A stretch of DNA of 39,442 bases from Candidatus Hadarchaeum sp. Its GTDB lineage: Archaea; Hadarchaeota; Hadarchaeia; Hadarchaeales; Hadarchaeaceae. How positions within the stretch are numbered: position 1 is the first letter of the stretch; every line of letters begins with the position of its first letter. The stretch lies in contig NZ_JBMFOX010000010.1 in assembly GCF_049969415.1 (NCBI RefSeq), positions 1-39,442 on the forward strand. Reading direction: 5' to 3'. The position numbers and the translations under genes were made by a program. Below, piece by piece: positions 36,281-39,442 of the stretch. Under the pieces are notes generated by a model, which saw only the letters and a list, made by a program, of their open reading frames with translations, did no database searches and was not told the origin of the DNA.

Positions 36281-37309
36281 GTGGAAGAACAGGGCGAGGT
36301 TAGAAAGGTGCAGAAAACAGGTGGGTCCACCTACATCGTTTCTCTGCCCAAACACTGGGTTGAGGAGAATAAGATAAAACCCGGCGACGGACTGGTCGTA
36401 AAGCGGCTTGAAGATTCCACACTCCAGATATTTCCTCTAAGGGTCAAGGAGGAGAAGAAAGCCGCCAAGGCCATAATTAAGATTTCTCAGAGCGATGACC
36501 CCTATAAGCTGGCGAGAAAGGTCGTGTCCCTATATCTGGTCGGCTATCAGGTCATCCATCTGTCGTCCGAGGGCAAGATCACACCACAACAGCGGGAGGT
36601 TATTAAAATTTATGTCCGGGAAAAGCTGGTCGGCGCGGAGCTGATCGCGGATTCACCAGGGGAGATGACCATCCAGATTTTGCTGAGCTATCCAGAACTT
36701 TCTGTGAAGGATGCTCTGAGGCGAATGTTTTTGATCGCCTCCTCGATGCAGAAGGACTCCATATCGGCCCTGGAGAAGTTGGACCGGGAGACGGCTGCAG
36801 AGGTAATCAGACTTGACAATGAGGTGGATCGGTTTAGCATGTACGTGATCAGACAGATAAAGCTAGCGGTGCAGGACCCTAGGTCGATAAGGGAAATAGG
36901 ACTGCGAAATGCCAGAGACTGTCTCGGCTACAGGCTGATAGTTAAAAGTGTGGAAAGGATCGCGGATCACGCGGCCTTAATCGCGGAGAAGGTCCTGCGG
37001 ATAAACAAGCCGCTGGAAAGGGAGGTTTTGAAAGGAATTTTGAACATGAGCAGTCTTGCCAATACGATGCTAGAAAAATCCGTACTGGCCTTATTTAATG
37101 AGGACTATGACCTTGCCGAAGAGATAATCGTGGAAAAGGAAAAGGCCAAAATATTGGAGGAGAAGGTGGCGAAACTTACGCTTGAAATCCCCCGTGAGGA
37201 CCTGATAAATGTCCGGTTGATGCTGGAAAGCCTGCGCAGAATAGCCGAGTACAGCAGCGATATAGCCGAAATAGTTTTGAACCTAACCGTCACGGAGACC
37301 TTATCATGA
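36281..37309 (+). CDS. Archaeal phosphate uptake regulator (AbrB DNA-binding domain plus PhoU repeats)
   Basis: RKVQKTGGSTYIVSLPK.W, D.EVDR, ERIADHA and RRIAEY..DIAE; divergent from pstS. Confidence 0.92.
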   Translation: MEEQGEVRKVQKTGGSTYIVSLPKHWVEENKIKPGDGLVVKRLEDSTLQIFPLRVKEEKKAAKAIIKISQSDDPYKLARKVVSLYLVGYQVIHLSSEGKITPQQREVIKIYVREKLVGAELIADSPGEMTIQILLSYPELSVKDALRRMFLIASSMQKDSISALEKLDRETAAEVIRLDNEVDRFSMYVIRQIKLAVQDPRSIREIGLRNARDCLGYRLIVKSVERIADHAALIAEKVLRINKPLEREVLKGILNMSSLANTMLEKSVLALFNEDYDLAEEIIVEKEKAKILEEKVAKLTLEIPREDLINVRLMLESLRRIAEYSSDIAEIVLNLTVTETLS

Positions 37310-37707
37310 GAAAAGTGATTTTCGTCTGCGTGGAGAACTCGGCCCGGAGTCAGATGGCCGAGGCTTTTTTCAACAGGCTGGCGAAGAAATTTAGGGCCGA
37401 AAGCGCCGGAACCAAGCCGGCGGCCGCGGTGAATCCCTTGGCGGTGGCGGTGATGAAGGAGGTTGGCATCGACATCAGCGCAGCCAAGCCCAAGATGCTG
37501 ACGATGGAAATGCTGGCAGACGCTGAGCGGGTGATAACCATGGGCTGCATTTCAGGGGAACTGTGTCCGGCCAGTTTGGTGCCGACCGAGGACTGGGGAA
37601 TTGAGGACCCTGCGGGCAAATCGATTGAGAAGTTCCGGGAGATCAGGGACTTGATTCGGAAAAAGGTCGAGCGATTGGTCAGCGAGTTGGAGGGGCAAGT
37701 GGGCTAA
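37306..37707 (+). CDS. arsC: Arsenate reductase, LMW-PTPase fold
   Basis: P-loop CVENSARSQMAE, SAGT, the redox pair MGC.....CP, and W..EDP. Confidence 0.85.
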   Translation: MRKVIFVCVENSARSQMAEAFFNRLAKKFRAESAGTKPAAAVNPLAVAVMKEVGIDISAAKPKMLTMEMLADAERVITMGCISGELCPASLVPTEDWGIEDPAGKSIEKFREIRDLIRKKVERLVSELEGQVG

Positions 37708-37843
37708 AATTTCCAAAGCAAAAATCTTTTTAATCAGCAGAGTAAAAATAATTGATGCACCCAATTGTTTTAGGTCAACTAGGGCAGAGAGGAACATCTG
37801 CTCGGAAAAATTTTCCAGTTAAGTTGGAGGAGGAAGTGAGATT

Positions 37844-39442
37844 TTGAAGGTTAGAAAGAGGGACGGGACCATAGAGGATTTCAACCCGGAGAAGATAGTC
37901 GAGTCCATTTTCCGATCGGCCCAGGCGGTCGGCGGTCGCGATCGGGAGCTGGCCAAGCGGCTGGCGAACGAGGTCATCGCCACCATCCAGGCCCAGTGCA
38001 AGGGAGATATCGTCTCTACGGAGGAGATCGGCAACATCGTCGAGAAGATCCTAATCGAGCGCGGCCATGCGCGCACGGCCAAGGCCTACATCCTCTACCG
38101 CAAGCACCAGGAGGAGCTGAGAAAGCTTCGCTCGACTTCGCTAGAGGTCGAGCGCATCGTGGACAGCTACATCGGGCACATGGACTGGCGGGTCAGGGAA
38201 AACGCCAACATCGACTTCTCGCTCAGCGGCCTGGAGCAGCACATCTCCACGACGGTGATCGCCAACTACACGCTCTCCAAGCTTTACCCGCTGGAGGTGG
38301 CCGATGCCCACAGCAACGGAGATTTCCACATCCACGACCTCGGGCGTGGCATCTGTGGCTACTGCGCCGGTTGGTCGTTGCAGCAGCTTTTGGCTGAGGG
38401 CTTCAACGGGGTTCCCAACCGGATTGGCTCCAACCCACCCAAACACCTGACCACGGCGCTGCTGCAGATGGTCAACTTCATGGGCACCTTGTCCAACGAG
38501 TGGGCCGGAGCTATGGCCTTCAACTCGATCGACACGCTGCTGGCGCCCTTCGTCTGGGCGGACGGGATGGACTACAAGGAAGTGAAGCAGGCCATCCAGG
38601 AGTTCGTCTTTAACCTGAACGTCACTTCCCGCTTCGGCGGACAGTGTCCCTTCACGAACGTGACGCTTGACCTCAACGTTCCACCGGACCTCGCCGACAA
38701 GCCGGCCATCGTCGGCGGTAAACCGCTGGACCGGGCCTACGGGGACTTCACCGAGGAGATCGAGATGATCAACCGGGCCTTCATCGAGGTTCTTTCCGAA
38801 GGGGACATGAGCGGGCGACCCTTCACCTTCCCCATCCCCACCTACTCGATTACCAAGGATTTTGACTGGGATAGCACCCTCTCCGACATCCTCTTCGAGG
38901 CCACGGCGAAGTACGGGCAGCCCTATTTCCAGAACTTCGTCAACTCCGATCTCAGGCCCAGCGATGTCCGCAGCATGTGTTGCCGGCTGAGGCTTGACCT
39001 GAGGGAACTCAGGAACAAGATGTCCGGAGGCCTCTTCGGCGCCGGGGACTCAACCGGTTCGATGGGTGTGGTCACGATAAACATGCCGCGGCTGGGATAC
39101 CTCTCCAAGAACGAAGACGAGTTCTTTGAGCGACTCGACCAGATCATGGAGCTGGCCAAGCGCTCTCTTGAGATAAAGAGGGAAATTGTGGAGAAAAACA
39201 TGAACAACGGGCTGCTGCCCTTCACCAAGCGCTATCTGGGCAACCTGAACCAGCACTTCTCCACGATTGGTCTGGTGGGGATGAACGAGGCCCTGCTGAA
39301 CCTGTTCGACCATGACATCACCACGGAGCAGGGCAAGGAGTTCGCGATCAAGGTCCTGAAGCACATGCGGCAGCGCCTCGTCGAGTTCCAAGAGGAGACG
39401 GGCCACCTCTACAACCTTGAGGCCACGCCCGCGGAGGGGACC
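37844..39442 (+). CDS. nrdD: Anaerobic (class III) ribonucleoside-triphosphate reductase with ATP cone; 3' end runs off the window
   Basis: Not in the ORF track. From TTG 37844: MKVRKRDG...AKAYILYR (ATP cone), DWRVRENAN, HIHDL, YCAGW, FTFPIPT, SMCCRL and YNLEATPAEGT. GGAGGAGG RBS. Confidence 0.95.
   Translation, partial: MKVRKRDGTIEDFNPEKIVESIFRSAQAVGGRDRELAKRLANEVIATIQAQCKGDIVSTEEIGNIVEKILIERGHARTAKAYILYRKHQEELRKLRSTSLEVERIVDSYIGHMDWRVRENANIDFSLSGLEQHISTTVIANYTLSKLYPLEVADAHSNGDFHIHDLGRGICGYCAGWSLQQLLAEGFNGVPNRIGSNPPKHLTTALLQMVNFMGTLSNEWAGAMAFNSIDTLLAPFVWADGMDYKEVKQAIQEFVFNLNVTSRFGGQCPFTNVTLDLNVPPDLADKPAIVGGKPLDRAYGDFTEEIEMINRAFIEVLSEGDMSGRPFTFPIPTYSITKDFDWDSTLSDILFEATAKYGQPYFQNFVNSDLRPSDVRSMCCRLRLDLRELRNKMSGGLFGAGDSTGSMGVVTINMPRLGYLSKNEDEFFERLDQIMELAKRSLEIKREIVEKNMNNGLLPFTKRYLGNLNQHFSTIGLVGMNEALLNLFDHDITTEQGKEFAIKVLKHMRQRLVEFQEETGHLYNLEATPAEGT

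Overview
Gene-dense archaeal chromosomal segment. Archaeal markers include Cdc48/VAT, PAN, TFE, aTrm56, archaeal GatC, NurA-HerA, TATA/BRE promoters and a BHB-intron tRNA. The gene content is euryarchaeal-like and anaerobic; a Hadarchaeota-like origin is only a weak guess. In order, the window holds: a PRC-barrel gene, cdc48 and a small Cas2/VapD-like ORF, preceded by three copies of an 18-bp palindrome; larC, thermonuclease, nurA, herA; a flavin reductase-rubredoxin gene divergent from a non-canonical CooS; a PIN-like ORF, tfe, trm56, hflX, pan; a membrane-anchored clan-A glycoside hydrolase; gatBAC; amrS; a phosphohexomutase; a tRNA-Arg(TCT) with two introns; an accessory Fe-S/Zn cluster (MtaA/Uro-D-like, two Cys-rich proteins, two radical SAM enzymes, a degenerate CoA ligase); a pyrF-pyrE fusion, pyrK, pyrD, pyrG; phoU-pstBACS, a PhoU/AbrB regulator and arsC; and a partial class III ribonucleotide reductase. 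I saw no transposase, integrase or true CRISPR array. The best candidates for new biology are the Cas2-like/triple-palindrome module in front of cdc48, the two-intron tRNA, the CooS-V-like enzyme paired with a rubredoxin reductase, and the radical-SAM/methyltransferase cluster beside the tRNA. All family assignments come from motif recognition by eye, not from database searches.
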